From Malacoraja senta (lineage: Eukaryota), in the NCBI GenBank assembly GCA_038087875.1, contig JAXLNO010000539.1, positions 62,001-126,000 on the forward strand: 64,000 bases of DNA, written 5' to 3'. Position 1 is the first letter of the stretch, and every line of letters begins with the position of its first letter. Below are positions 24,801 through 39,800 of the stretch, piece by piece. The position numbers were made by a program, and so were the translations under genes. Under the pieces are notes generated by a model that had not been told where the DNA came from, searched no databases, and saw nothing but the letters and a program-made list of their open reading frames with translations.

Positions 24801-27800
24801 CAGCCCCATCAATTTTAACATTTGCCTTAGGAACACTGGCATCAATGTCTACATCAGGCCCTTCTATTTTTGTGCCACCCATTTTGAACTTGGGCATTTT
24901 AATCTTTGGCATATGGAAATGTCCACCTGTACCCTCCAAGTCAATATCAGGTGCTTCAACGTCTATTTTTGGCCCTTTCATTTCTCCACCAATGTTTGGG
25001 GAAGAAATGTCAATATCCGGACCACCTTTCAATTTTGATCCCTTGAAACCCAAATCAAAGTCTGGTGTCTTTATGTGAGGCAAATGTACAGAAGGGAGTG
25101 AAATCTTGGGGCCACTTTCTTTCACATCTGGCATTTTAAGATCAACCTTCGGAGGTTTCATATTAAAATTTGGGCCTTTGATGTCACCCTCCATATTAAG
25201 ATCTGGGGCATCAATGTCGCCTCCCAATTTCGGGCTTTTGAGCTCCAAATTAAAATCAGGCTTTCCTATTTTGGGTGCAGAGATATCAAATCCTGGCATT
25301 TTTAGTTTCGGACCTTTGATTTTAGAACCTCCTTCAACATCTAGATCAACATCAGGAATTTCAACACCAGCTACCTTGGGACCAGAGATCTTGGGTAATG
25401 AAAACTTGCCCCCACGTCCTTTTAAATTTGGTGCTTCAATCTCAACATTGGGGCCTTTAATATCGACATGTGGGCTCTTAATATCACCTTCCAAATTGAC
25501 ATCGGGAACATCAACACCTCCCATTTTTGGACCTTTGAACTCAAGATCAAAATCAGGCATTCCTATCCTTGGTGCTGAGAAATTGAAACCTGGCACTTTG
25601 AATTTTGGGCTCTTGAATTTACCAGAACCTTCAACATCAACATCAGGTATTTTAACATCTCCTTCCACCTTGGGTCCAGCTAATTTAATATCTGCCTCTG
25701 GAAGTTTAGTACCAAAGTCCGCATCTGGACCTTCCACTTTAAATCCAGGCATTCCTATATTTGGCGCGTTGATATTGAATCCTGGCATTTTGAATTTTGG
25801 GCTTTTGATTTTACCGGCTCCCCCAACATCTACATCCACATCTGGCATTTCAACATTTCCTTCCATCTTAGGTCCAGATAGTTTGATGTCAGCAGTAGGA
25901 ACCTTAGCATTAATGTCCACATCTGGACCTTCCACTTTAGGCCCTCCTATTCGGAATTTGGGAAATTTAAATTTCGGGAAGCTGAACTTTCCAGTGCTTC
26001 CTTCAGCATCAATCCCTGGCACATCAACATCAACTTTAGGTCCTTTTATATCTCCTTCTATCTTTCCAGTAGGCACATCAATTTCATGGTCACCTTTCAC
26101 TTTTGGGCCTCTGAAATTCAAATCTATATCCGGAGCGTGTAATTTGGGTAAATGCATGGATGGCATTGAAAACTTGCCCCCACCCCCACCTCCTTTTACA
26201 TCTGGTGTCTCAATATCAACTCTGGGGCCTTTTATGTCGACATTCGGACCCTTAATGTCACCTTCCAGGTTAACATCAGGAATACCAACATCTCCTTCCA
26301 CTTTTGGACCTTTGACACCCAGATTGAAATCAGGCATTCCTATTTTGGGTGTTGAGATATTGAATTTTGGCATATGGAGTTTAGGTCCCTTAATTTTACC
26401 GCCACCCTCAATGTCTAGATCTACATCAGGCATTTCAACACCTCCTTGTATCTTAGGTCCTGATAGTTTAACGTCAGCCTCAGGAATATTTGCATCAATG
26501 TCCACATCTGGAACTTCTACTTTAGATCCACCCATGTGGAATTTAGGCATTTTAAATTTCGGCAAGCTGAACCTTCCACCAATTCCTTCAGCATCACCCC
26601 CTGGCACATCCATGTCAACATCAACCTTAGGTGCTTTGATCTCTCCCTCGAACTTTCCAGAAGGCATTTCAACATCATAATCTCCTTTTAGTTTTGGACT
26701 TTTGAAGTTCAAATCAATATCTGGTGCGTGAAACTTAGGCAAGTGAATGGATGGCATTGAAAACTTGCCCCCTCTTCCTTTTACATCTGGTGACTCAATA
26801 TCAACTCTGGGGCCTTTTATGTCAACATTTGGACCCTTAATGTCACCTTCCAGGTTAACATCAGGAATACCAACATCTCCTTCCACTTTTGGACCTTTGA
26901 CGCCCAGATTGAAATCAGGCATTCCTATTTTGGGTGTTGAGATATTGAATTTTGGCATATGGAGTTTAGGTCCCTTAATTTTACCGTCACCCTCAATGTC
27001 TAGATCTACATCAGGCATTTCAACACCTCCTTGCATCTTAGGTCCTGATAGTTTAACGTCAGCCTCAGGAATATTTGCATCAATGTCCACATCTGGAACT
27101 TCTACTTTGGGGCCACCCATTTGGAATTTCGGCATTTTAAATTTCGGCATGCTGAACTTTCCACCGATTCCTTCAGCATCAATCCCTGGCATATCAACAT
27201 CAACTTTAGGTCCTTTTATATCTCCTTCTATTTTTCCAGTAGGCACATCAATGTCATGGTCACCTTTCACTTTTGGGCCTCTGAAATTGAAATCTATATC
27301 CGGAGCGTGTAATTTGGGTAAATGCATGGATGGCATTGAAAACTTGCCTCCACCTCCTTTTACATCTGGTGTCTCAATATCAACTCTGGGGCCTTTCATG
27401 TCGACATTCGGACCCTTAATGTCACCTTCCAGGTTAACATCAGGAATACCAACATCTCCTTCCACTTTTGGACCTTTGACGCCCAGATTGAAATCAGGCA
27501 TTCCTATTTTGGGTGTTGAGATATTGAATTTTGGCATATGGAGTTTAGGTCCCTTAATTTTACCGCCACCCTCAATGTCTAGATCTACATCAGGCATTTC
27601 AACACCTCCTTGTATCTTAGGTCCTGATAGTTTAACGTCAGCCTCAGGAATATTTGCATCAATGTCCACATCTGGAACGTCTACTTTAGGTCCACCCATG
27701 TGGAATTTAGGCATTTTAAATTTCGGCAAGCTGAACCTTCCACCAATTCCTTCAGCATCACCCCCTGGCACATCCATATCAACATCAACCTTAGGTGCTT

Positions 27801-30800
27801 TGATCTCTCCCTCGAACTTTCCAGAAGGCATTTCAACATCATAATCTCCTTTTAGTTTTGGACTTTTGAAGTTCAAATCAATATCTGGTGCGTGAAATTT
27901 AGGCAAGTGAATGGATGGCATTGAAAACTTGCCCCCTCTTCCTTTTACATCTGGTGACTCAATATCAACTCTGGGGCCTTTTATGTCAACATTTGGACCC
28001 TTAATGTCACCTTCCAGGTTAACATCAGGAATACCAACATCTCCTTCCACTTTTGGACCTTTGACGCCCAGATTGAAATCAGGCATTCCTATTTTGGGTG
28101 TTGAGATATTGAATTTTGGCATATGGAGTTTAGGTCCCTTAATTTTACCGCCACCCTCAATGTCTAGATCTACATCAGGCATTTCAACACCTCCTTGTAT
28201 CTTAGGTCCTGATAGTTTAACGTCAGCCTCAGGAATATTTGCATCAATGTCCACATCTGGAACTTCTACTTTGGGGCCACCCATTTGGAATTTCGGCATT
28301 TTAAATTTCGGCATGCTGAACTTTCCACCGATTCCTTCAGCATCAATCCCTGGCATATCAACATCAACTTTAGGTCCTTTTATATCTCCTTCTATTTTTC
28401 CAGTAGGCACATCAATGTCATGGTCACCTTTCACTTTTGGGCCTCTGAAATTGAAATCTATATCCGGAGCGTGTAATTTGGGTAAATGCATGGATGGCAT
28501 TGAAAACTTGCCCCCACCTCCTTTTACATCTGGTGTCTCAATATCAACTCTGGGGCCTTTTATGTCGACATTCGGACCCTTAATGTCACCTTCCAGGTTA
28601 ACATCAGGAATACCAACATCTCCTTCCACTTTTCGACCTTTGACACCCAGATTGAAATCAGGCATTCCTATTTTGGGTGTTGAGATATTGAATTTTGGCA
28701 TATGGAGTTTAGGTCCCTTAATTTTACCGCCACCCTCAACGTCTAGATCTACATCAGGCATTTCAACACCTCCTTGTATCTTAGGTCCTGATAGTTTAAC
28801 GTCAGCCTCAGGAATATTTGCATCAATGTCCACATCTGGAACGTCTACTTTAGCTCCACCCATGTGGAATTTAGGCATTTTAAATTTCGGCAAGCTGAAC
28901 CTTCCACCAATTCCTTCAGCATCACCCCCTGGCACATCCATATCAACATCAACCTTAGGTGCTTTGATCTCTCCCTCGAACTTTCCAGAAGGCATTTCAA
29001 CATCATAATCTCCTTTTAGTTTTGGACTTTTGAAGTTCAAATCAATATCTGGTGCGTGAAACTTAGGCAAGTGAATGGATGGCATTGAAAACTTGCCCCC
29101 ACCTTTTACATCTGGTGTCTCAATATCAACTCTGGGGCCTTTTATGTCGACATTCGGACCCTTAATGTCACCTTCCAGGTTAACATCAGGAATACCAACA
29201 TCTCCTTCCACTTTTGGACCTTTGACACCCAGATTGAAATCAGGCATTCCTATTTTGGGTGTTGAGATATTGAATTTTGGCATATGGAGTTTAGGTCCCT
29301 TAATTTTACCGCCACCCTCAATGTCTAGATCTACATCAGGCATTTCAACACCTCCTTGTATCTTAGGTCCTGATAGTTTAACATCAGCCTCAGGAATATT
29401 TGCATCAATGTCCACATCTGGAACTTCTACTTTGGGGCCACCCATTTGGAATTTCGGCATTTTAAATTTCGGCATGCTGAACTTTCCACCAATTCCTTCA
29501 GCATCAATCCCTGGCATATCAACATCAACTTTAGGTCCTTTTATATCTCCTTCTATTTTTCCAGTAGGCACATCAATGTCATGGTCACCTTTCACTTTTG
29601 GGCCTCTGAAATTGAAATCTATATCCGGAGCGTGTAATTTCGGTAAATGCATGGATGGCATTGAAAACTTGCCCCCACCTTTTACATCTGGTGTCTCAAT
29701 ATCAACTCTGGGGCCTTTTATGTCGACATTCGGACCCTTAATGTCACCTTCCAGGTTAACATCAGGAATACCAACATCTCCTTCCACTTTTGGACCTTTG
29801 ACACCCAGATTGAAATCAGGCATTCCTATTTTGGGTGTTGAGATATTGAATTTTGGCATATGGAGTTTAGGTCCCTTAATTTTACCGCCACCCTCAATGT
29901 CTAGATCTACATCAGGCATTTCAACACCTCCTTGTATCTTAGGTCCTGATAGTTTAACGTCAGCCTCAGGAATATTTGCATCAATGTCCACATCTGGAAC
30001 TTCTACTTTAGGTCCACCCATGTGGAATTTAGGCATTTTAAATTTCGGCAAGCTGAACCTTCCACCAATTCCTTCAACATCACCCCCTGGCACATCCATA
30101 TCAACATCAACATTAGGTGCTTTGATCTCTCCCTCGAACTTTCCAGAAGGCATTTCTACATCATAATCTCCTTTTAGTTTTGGACTTTTGAAGTTCAAAT
30201 CAATATCTGGTGTCTGAAACTTAGGCAAGTGAATGGAAGGCATTGACATGTTGAATCCACTTCCTTTTACACCTGGTGCTTCAATATCAACTTTGGGACC
30301 TTTAATGTCGACATTTGTGCCCTTAATATCACCTTCTAGACTGACATCAGGGACATTAACATCTCCTCCCACCTTTGGACCTTTGAGCTCAAGATCAAAA
30401 TTAGTCTTTCCGATCTTAGGTGCTGAGATATTGAATCCTGGCATTCTGAAGTTTGGGCCCTTGATTTTACCGGCTCCTTCAACACCTACATCTACAGCTG
30501 GCATTTTTACATCTCCCTCTATCTTGGGTCCAGATAGGCTAACATCTGCCTGGGGAAGCTTAGCATTAATGTCCACATCTGGGGCTTCAATTTTAGGTCC
30601 TCCCATATGGAATTTAGGCATTTTAAATTTGGGGAAGCCAAACTTTCCACTTGCTCCTTCCACATCAGTGCCTGGTACATCCATATCAATGTCTACCTTT
30701 GGTGCTTTCATCTCTCCCTCTATTGTACCAGACGGCATGTTAATATCATAGTCTCCTTTCAATTTTGGGCTCTTGAAACTCAAATCAACATCTGGTGCAT

Positions 30801-33800
30801 GTATCTTGGGCAAATGTTTGGACGGCATTGATAACTTGCCTCCACTTCCTTTTATGTCAGGTGCTTCAATATCAATTTTGGGGCCTTCAATTTCTATATC
30901 ACGACTTTTCACTTTAGGCCCACCAACATGGAATCTGGGCATTTTAAATTTTGGGAAGTTGAACTTTCCAGTGCCTCCTTCAACATCAGCCCCTGGCATA
31001 TTAACATCTAGCTTAGGTCCTTTGATCTCACCCTGTACTTTTCCAGAAGGTACATTAATATCATAATCCCCTTTCACCTTTGGACCTTTCAGACTAAAAT
31101 CAACATCTGGACTCTTTGCCTCCATCTTCGGTCCAGATACCTTAACATCAGCTCCAGGAACATTAGCACCTAGGTTCACGTCAGCGCCTCCCTCCTTGGA
31201 CCCACCAATTCGGAATTTGGGCATTTTGAATTTTGGGAAGTTGAATTTTCCACTGCCTCCTTCTGCGTCTACCCCAGATACATCCCCACCAATTTGCGGT
31301 GCTTTAATCCCTCCCTCTATGTTTGCAGAAGGCACCTCAACATCATAGTCACCTTTTACTTTTGGGCCTCTGAAATCAAGTTCTGGTGCCTGAATCTTGG
31401 GCAAGTGGATGGAAGGCAATGAAATCTTGCCTCCACTTCCTTTCATATCTGGTGCCTCAATATTAACTTTGGGTGCTTTAATGTCGACATTTGGGCCCTT
31501 AAAGTCACCTTCTAGACTAACATCAGGGACATCAACATCTCCTCCCACCTTTGGACCTTTGAACTCAAGATTAAAATCAGGCTTTCCGAACTTAGGTGCT
31601 GAGATATTGAATCCTGGCATTCTGAATTGAGGGCCCTTGATTTTACCAGCTCCCTCAACATCTACATCTACATCAGGCATTTCAAGATCGCCTTCCAGCT
31701 TGGGTCCAGATAGTTTAATGTCACCACTAGGAATATTCGCATCAATGTCCATATCTGGGCCCTCCACTTTAGACCCACCCATTCGGAATTTGGGCATTTT
31801 AAATTTGGGCATGCTGAATCCTCCACCGACTCCTTCCACATCACCCCCTGGCACATCCACATCAACCTTGGGTCCTTTGACCTTGCCCTCCACCTTTCCA
31901 GACGGCACATCAATGTCATAATTTCCTCCAATTTTTGGACCGCCGAGGTCCACATTAAAATCAGGCATTTGTATCTTTGGTGCTGAGACATCGAATCCTG
32001 GCATTGTGAATGTTGGGCCTTTGAATTTCCCAGAACCATCTACATCTACATCTGGCATTTTAACATCTCCTTCTATCTTAGGTCCAGATAGTTTAACATC
32101 GGCCTCAGGAAGATTCATGTCAACTCCCACATCTGGACCTCCCTTTGAACCACCCATGTGGAATTTGGGCAATTTAAACTTTGGCAAGCTGAACTTTCCA
32201 CCGATTCCTTCAACATCACCCCCTGGCACATCCATGTCAACATCAACCTTAGGTGCTTTGATCTCTCCCTCGAACTTTCCAGAAGGCATTTCAACATCAT
32301 AGTCTCCTTTTAGTTTTGGACTTTTGAAATTCAAATCAAGATCTGGTGCCTGAAACTTAGGCATGTGGATGGTTGGCATTGAAAACTTGCCCCTGCTTCC
32401 ATTGATATCTGGTGTCTCAATATCAACTCTGGGGCCTTTTATGTCGACATTCGGACCCTTAATGTCACCTTCCAGGTTAACATCAGGAATACCAACATCT
32501 CCTTCCACTTTTGGACCTTTGACGCCCAGATTGAAATCAGGCATTCCTAACTTGGGTGCTGAGACATTGAATTTTGGCATATGGAGTTTATGTCCCTTAA
32601 TTTTACTGCCACCCTCAATGTCTAGATCTACATCAGGCATTTCAACACCTCCTTGTATCTTAGGTCCTGATAGTTTAACGTCAGCCTCAGGAATATTTGC
32701 ATCAATGTCCACATCTGGAACTTCTACTTTAGGTCCACCCATGTGGAATTTAGGCAATTTAAATTTTGGCATGCTGAACTTTCCACCGATTCCTTCAACA
32801 TCACCCCCTGGCACATCCATGTCAACATCAACCTTAGGTGCTTTGATCTCTCCCTCGAACTTTCCAGAAGGCATTTCAACATCATAGTCTCCTTTTAGTT
32901 TTGGACTTTTGAAATTCAAATCAATATCTGGTGTCTGAAACTTAGGCATGTGGATGGTTGGCATTGAAAACTTGCCCCTGCTTCCATTGATATCTGGTGT
33001 CTCAATATCAACTCTGGGGCCTTTAATGTCGACACTTGGGCCCTTAATGTTACCTTCCAGATTAACATCAGGGACATCAACATCTCCTCCCACCTTTGGA
33101 CCTTTAAGCTCAAGATCAAAATTAGGCTTTCCCACCTTAGGTGCTGAGATATTGAATCCTGGCATTCTGAATTTAGAGCCCTTCATTTTACCAGCTCCCT
33201 CAACATCTACATCTACATCAGGCATTTCGACATTGCCTACCAGCTTGGGTCCAGATAGTTTAATGTCACCACTAGGAATATTTGCATCAATGTCCATATC
33301 TGGGCCCTCCACTTTAGACCCACCCATTCGGAATTTGGGCATTTTAAATTTTGGCATGCTGAATCCTCCACCGACTCCTTCCACATCACCCCCTGGCACA
33401 TCCAAATCAACCTTGGGTCCTTTGACCTTGCCCTCCACCTTTCCAGACGGCAAATCCACGTCATAATTTCCTCTAATTTTTGGACCTCCGAGGTCCACAT
33501 CAGGCATTCGTATCTTGGGTGCTGAGACATCGAATCCTGGCATTGTGAATGTTGGGCCTTTGAATTTCCCAGAACCATCTACATCTACATCTGGCATTTT
33601 AACATCTCCTTCTATCTTAGGTCCAGATAGTTTAACATCGGCCTCAGGAAGATTCATGTCAACTCCCACATCTGGACCTCCCTTTGAACCACCCATGTGG
33701 AATTTGGGCAATTTAAACTTTGGCAAGCTGAACTTTCCACCGATTCCTTCAACATCACCCCCTGGCACATCCATGTCAACATCAACCTTAGGTGCTTTGA

Positions 33801-36800
33801 TCTCTCCCTCGAACTTTCCAGAAGGCATTTCAACATCATAGTCTCCTTTTAGTTTTGGACTTTTGAAGTTCAAATCAAGATCTGGTGCCTGAAACTTAGG
33901 CATGTGGATGGATGGCATTGAAAACTTGCCCCTGCTTCCATTGATATCTGGTGTCTCAATATCAACTCTGGGGCCTTTAATGTTGACATTCGGACCCTTA
34001 ATGTCACCTTCCAGATTAGCATCAGGGACATCAACATCTCCTCCCACCTTTGGACCTTTGAGCTCAAGATCAAAATTAGGCTTTCCGATCTTAGGTGCTG
34101 TGATATTGAATCCTGGCATTCTGAATTTAGAGCCCTTGATTTTACCAGCTCCCTCAACATCTACATCTACATCAGGCATTTCGACATCGCCTACCAGCTT
34201 GGGTCCAGATAGTTTAATGTCACCACTAGGAATATTTGCATCTATGTCCATATCTGGGCCCTCCACTTTAGACCCACCCATTCGGAATTTGGGCATTTTA
34301 AATTTTGGCATGCTGAATCCTCCACCGACTCCTTCAACATCACCCCCTGGCACATCCACATCAACCTTGGGTCCTTTGACCTTGCCCTCCACCTTTCCAG
34401 ACGGCAAATCCACGTCATAATTTCCTCCAATTTTTGCACCTCCGAGGTCCACATCAGGCATTCGTATCTTGGGTGCTGAGACATTGAATCCTGGCATTGT
34501 GAATGTTGGGCCTTTGAATTTCCCAGCACCCTCAACATCTACATCTACATCTGGCATTTTAACATCTCCTTCTATCTTAGGTCCAGATAGTTTAACATCG
34601 GCCTCAGGAAGATTCATGTCAACTCCCACATCTGGACCTCCCTTTGAACCACCCATGTGGAATTTGGGCAATTTAAACTTTGGCAAGCTGAACTTTCCAC
34701 CGATTCCTTCAACATCACCCCCTGGCACATCCATGTCAACATCAACCTTAGGCGCTTTGATCTCTCCCTCGAACTTTCCAGAAGGCATTTCAACATCATA
34801 GTCTCCTTTTAGTTTTGGACTTTTGAAATTCAAATCAAGATCTGGTGCCTGAAACTTAGGCATGTGGATGGTTGGCATTGAAAACTTGCCCCTGCTTCCA
34901 TTGATATCTGGTGTCTCAATATCAACTCTGGGGCCTTTTATGTCGACATTCGGACCCTTAATGTCACCTTCCAGGTTAACATCAGGAATACCAACATCTC
35001 CTTCCACTTTTGGACCTTTGACGCCCAGATTGAAATCAGGCATTCCTAACTTGGGTGCTGAGACATTGAATTTTGGCATATGGAGTTTATGTCCCTTAAT
35101 TTTACTGCCACCCTCAATGTCTAGATCTACATCAGGCATTTCAACACCTCCTTGTATCTTAGGTCCTGATAGTTTAACGTCAGCCTCAGGAATATTTGCA
35201 TCAATGTCCACATCTGGAACTTCTACTTTAGGTCCACCCATGTGGAATTTAGGCAATTTAAATTTTGGCATGCTGAACTTTCCACCGATTCCTTCAACAT
35301 CACCCCCTGGCACATCCATGTCAACATCAACCTTAGGTGCTTTGATCTCTCCCTCGAACTTTCCAGAAGGCATTTCAACATCATAGTCTCCTTTTAGTTT
35401 TGGACTTTTGAAATTCAAATCAATATCTGGTGTCTGAAACTTAGGCATGTGGATGGTTGGCATTGAAAACTTGCCCCTGCTTCCATTGATATCTGGTGTC
35501 TCAATATCAACTCTGGGGCCTTTAATGTCGACACTTGGGCCCTTAATGTTACCTTCCAGATTAACATCAGGGACATCAACATCTCCTCCCACCTTTGGAC
35601 CTTTAAGCTCAAGATCAAAATTAGGCTTTCCCACCTTAGGTGCTGAGATATTGAATCCTGGCATTCTGAATTTAGAGCCCTTCATTTTACCAGCTCCCTC
35701 AACATCTACATCTACATCAGGCATTTCGACATTGCCTACCAGCTTGGGTCCAGATAGTTTAATGTCACCACTAGGAATATTTGCATCAATGTCCATATCT
35801 GGGCCCTCCACTTTAGACCCACCCATTCGGAATTTGGGCATTTTAAATTTTGGCATGCTGAATCCTCCACCGACTCCTTCCACATCACCCCCTGGCACAT
35901 CCAAATCAACCTTGGGTCCTTTGACCTTGCCCTCCACCTTTCCAGACGGCAAATCCACGTCATAATTTCCTCTAATTTTTGGACCTCCGAGGTCCACATC
36001 AGGCATTCGTATCTTGGGTGCTGAGACATCGAATCCTGGCATTGTGAATGTTGGGCCTTTGAATTTCCCAGAACCATCTACATCTACATCTGGCATTTTA
36101 ACATCTCCTTCTATCTTAGGTCCAGATAGTTTAACATCGGCCTCAGGAAGATTCATGTCAACTCCCACATCTGGACCTCCCTTTGAACCACCCATGTGGA
36201 ATTTGGGCAATTTAAACTTTGGCAAGCTGAACTTTCCACCGATTCCTTCAACATCACCCCCTGGCACATCCATGTCAACATCAACCTTAGGCGCTTTGAT
36301 CTCTCCCTCGAACTTTCCAGAAGGCATTTCAACATCATAGTCTCCTTTTAGTTTTGGACTTTTGAAATTCAAATCAAGATCTGGTGCCTGAAACTTAGGC
36401 ATGTGGATGGTTGGCATTGAAAACTTGCCCCTGCTTCCATTGATATCTGGTGTCTCAATATCAACTCTGGGGTCTTTTATGTCGACATTCGGACCCTTAA
36501 TGTCACCTTCCAGGTTAACATCAGGAATACCAACATCTCCTTCCACTTTTGGACCTTTGACGCCCAGATTGAAATCAGGCATTCCTAACTTGGGTGCTGA
36601 GACATTGAATTTTGGCATATGGAGTTTATGTCCCTTAATTTTACTGCCACCCTCAATGTCTAGATCTACATCAGGCATTTCAACACCTCCTTGTATCTTA
36701 GGTCCTGATAGTTTAACGTCAGCCTCAGGAATATTTGCATCAATGTCCACATCTGGAACTTCTACTTTAGGTCCACCCATGTGGAATTTAGGCAATTTAA

Positions 36801-39800
36801 ATTTTGGCATGCTGAACTTTCCACCGATTCCTTCAACATCACCCCCTGGCACATCCATGTCAACATCAACCTTAGGTGCTTTGATCTCTCCCTCGAACTT
36901 TCCAGAAGGCATTTCAACATCATAGTCTCCTTTTAGTTTTGGACTTTTGAAATTCAAATCAATATCTGGTGTCTGAAACTTAGGCATGTGGATGGTTGGC
37001 ATTGAAAACTTGCCCCTGCTTCCATTGATATCTGGTGTCTCAATATCAACTCTGGGGCCTTTAATGTCGACACTTGGGCCCTTAATGTTACCTTCCAGAT
37101 TAACATCAGGGACATCAACATCTCCTCCCACCTTTGGACCTTTAAGCTCAAGATCAAAATTAGGCTTTCCCACCTTAGGTGCTGAGATATTGAATCCTGG
37201 CATTCTGAATTTAGAGCCCTTCATTTTACCAGCTCCCTCAACATCTACATCTACATCAGGCATTTCGACATTGCCTACCAGCTTGGGTCCAGATAGTTTA
37301 ATGTCACCACTAGGAATATTTGCATCAATGTCCATATCTGGGCCCTCCACTTTAGACCCACCCATTCGGAATTTGGGCATTTTAAATTTTGGCATGCTGA
37401 ATCCTCCACCGACTCCTTCCACATCACCCCCTGGCACATCCAAATCAACCTTGGGTCCTTTGACCTTGCCCTCCACCTTTCCAGATGGCAAATCCACGTC
37501 ATAATTTCCTCTAATTTTTGGACCTCCGAGGTCCACATCAGGCATTCGTATCTTGGGTGCTGAGACATCGAATCCTGGCATTGTGAATGTTGGGCCTTTG
37601 AATTTCCCAGAACCATCTACATCTACATCTGGCATTTTAACATCTCCTTCTATCTTAGGTCCAGATAGTTTAACATCGGCCTCAGGAAGATTCATGTCAA
37701 CTCCCACATCTGGACCTCCCTTTGAACCACCCATGTGGAATTTGGGCAATTTAAACTTTGGCAAGCTGAACTTTCCACCGATTCCTTCAACATCACCCCC
37801 TGGCACATCCATGTCAACATCAACCTTAGGTGCTTTGATCTCTCCCTCGAACTTTCCAGAAGGCATTTCAACATCATAGTCTCCTTTTAGTTTTGGACTT
37901 TTGAAATTCAAATCAAGATCTGGTGCCTGAAACTTAGGCATGTGGATGGTTGGCATTGAAAACTTGCCCCTGCTTCCATTGATATCTGGTGTCTCAATAT
38001 CAACTCTGGGGCCTTTTATGTCGACATTCGGACCCTTAATGTCACCTTCCAGGTTAACATCAGGAATACCAACATCTCCTTCCACTTTTGGACCTTTGAC
38101 GCCCAGATTGAAATCAGGCATTCCTAACTTGGGTGCTGAGACATTGAATTTTGGCATATGGAGTTTATGTCCCTTAATTTTACTGCCACCCTCAATGTCT
38201 AGATCTACATCAGGCATTTCAACACCTCCTTGTATCTTAGGTCCTGATAGTTTAACGTCAGCCTCAGGAATATTTGCATCAATGTCCACATCTGGAACTT
38301 CTACTTTAGGTCCACCCATGTGGAATTTAGGCAATTTAAATTTTGGCATGCTGAACTTTCCACCGATTCCTTCAACATCACCCCCTGGCACATCCATGTC
38401 AACATCAACCTTAGGTGCTTTGATCTCTCCCTCGAACTTTCCAGAAGGCATTTCAACATCATAGTCTCCTTTTAGTTTTGGACTTTTGAAATTCAAATCA
38501 ATATCTGGTGTCTGAAACTTAGGCATGTGGATGGTTGGCATTGAAAACTTGCCCCTGCTTCCATTGATATCTGGTGTCTCAATATCAACTCTGGGGCCTT
38601 TAATGTCGACACTTGGGCCCTTAATGTTACCTTCCAGATTAACATCAGGGACATCAACATCTCCTCCCACCTTTGGACCTTTAAGCTCAAGATCAAAATT
38701 AGGCTTTCCCACCTTAGGTGCTGAGATATTGAATCCTGGCATTCTGAATTTAGAGCCCTTCATTTTACCAGCTCCCTCAACATCTACATCTACATCAGGC
38801 ATTTCGACATCGCCTACCAGCTTGGGTCCAGATAGTTTAATGTCACCACTAGGAATATTTGCATCAATGTCCATATCTGGGCCCTCCACTTTAGACCCAC
38901 CCATTCGGAATTTGGGCATTTTAAATTTTGGCATGCTGAATCCTCCACCGACTCCTTCCACATCACCCCCTGGCACATCCAAATCAACCTTGGGTCCTTT
39001 GACCTTGCCCTCCACCTTTCCAGACGGCAAATCCACGTCATAATTTCCTCTAATTTTTGGACCTCCGAGGTCCACATCAGGCATTCGTATCTTGGGTGCT
39101 GAGACATCGAATCCTGGCATTGTGAATGTTGGGCCTTTGAATTTCCCAGAACCATCTACATCTACATCTGGCATTTTAACATCTCCTTCTATCTTAGGTC
39201 CAGATAGTTTAACATCGGCCTCAGGAAGATTCATGTCAACTCCCACATCTGAACCTCCCTTTGAACCACCCATGTGGAATTTGGGCAATTTAAACTTTGG
39301 CAAGCTGAACTTTCCACCGATTCCTTCAACATCACCCCCTGGCACATCCATGTCAACATCAACCTTAGGTGCTTTGATCTCCCCCTCGAACTTTCCAGAA
39401 GGCATTTCAACATCATAGTCTCCTTTTAGTTTTGGACTTTTGAAGTTCAAATCAAGATCTGGTGCCTGAAACTTAGGCATGTGGATGGATGGCATTGAAA
39501 ACTTGCCCCTGCTTCCATTGATATCTGGTGTCTCAATATCAACTCTGGGGCCTTTAATGTTGACATTCGGACCCTTAATGTCACCTTCCAGATTAGCATC
39601 AGGGACATCAACATCTCCTCCCACCTTTGGACCTTTGAGCTCAAGATCAAAATTAGGCTTTCCGATCTTAGGTGCTGTGATATTGAATCCTGGCATTCTG
39701 AATTTAGAGCCCTTGATTTTACCAGCTCCCTCAACATCTACATCTACATCAGGCATTTCGACATCGCCTACCAGCTTGGGTCCAGATAGTTTAATGTCAC

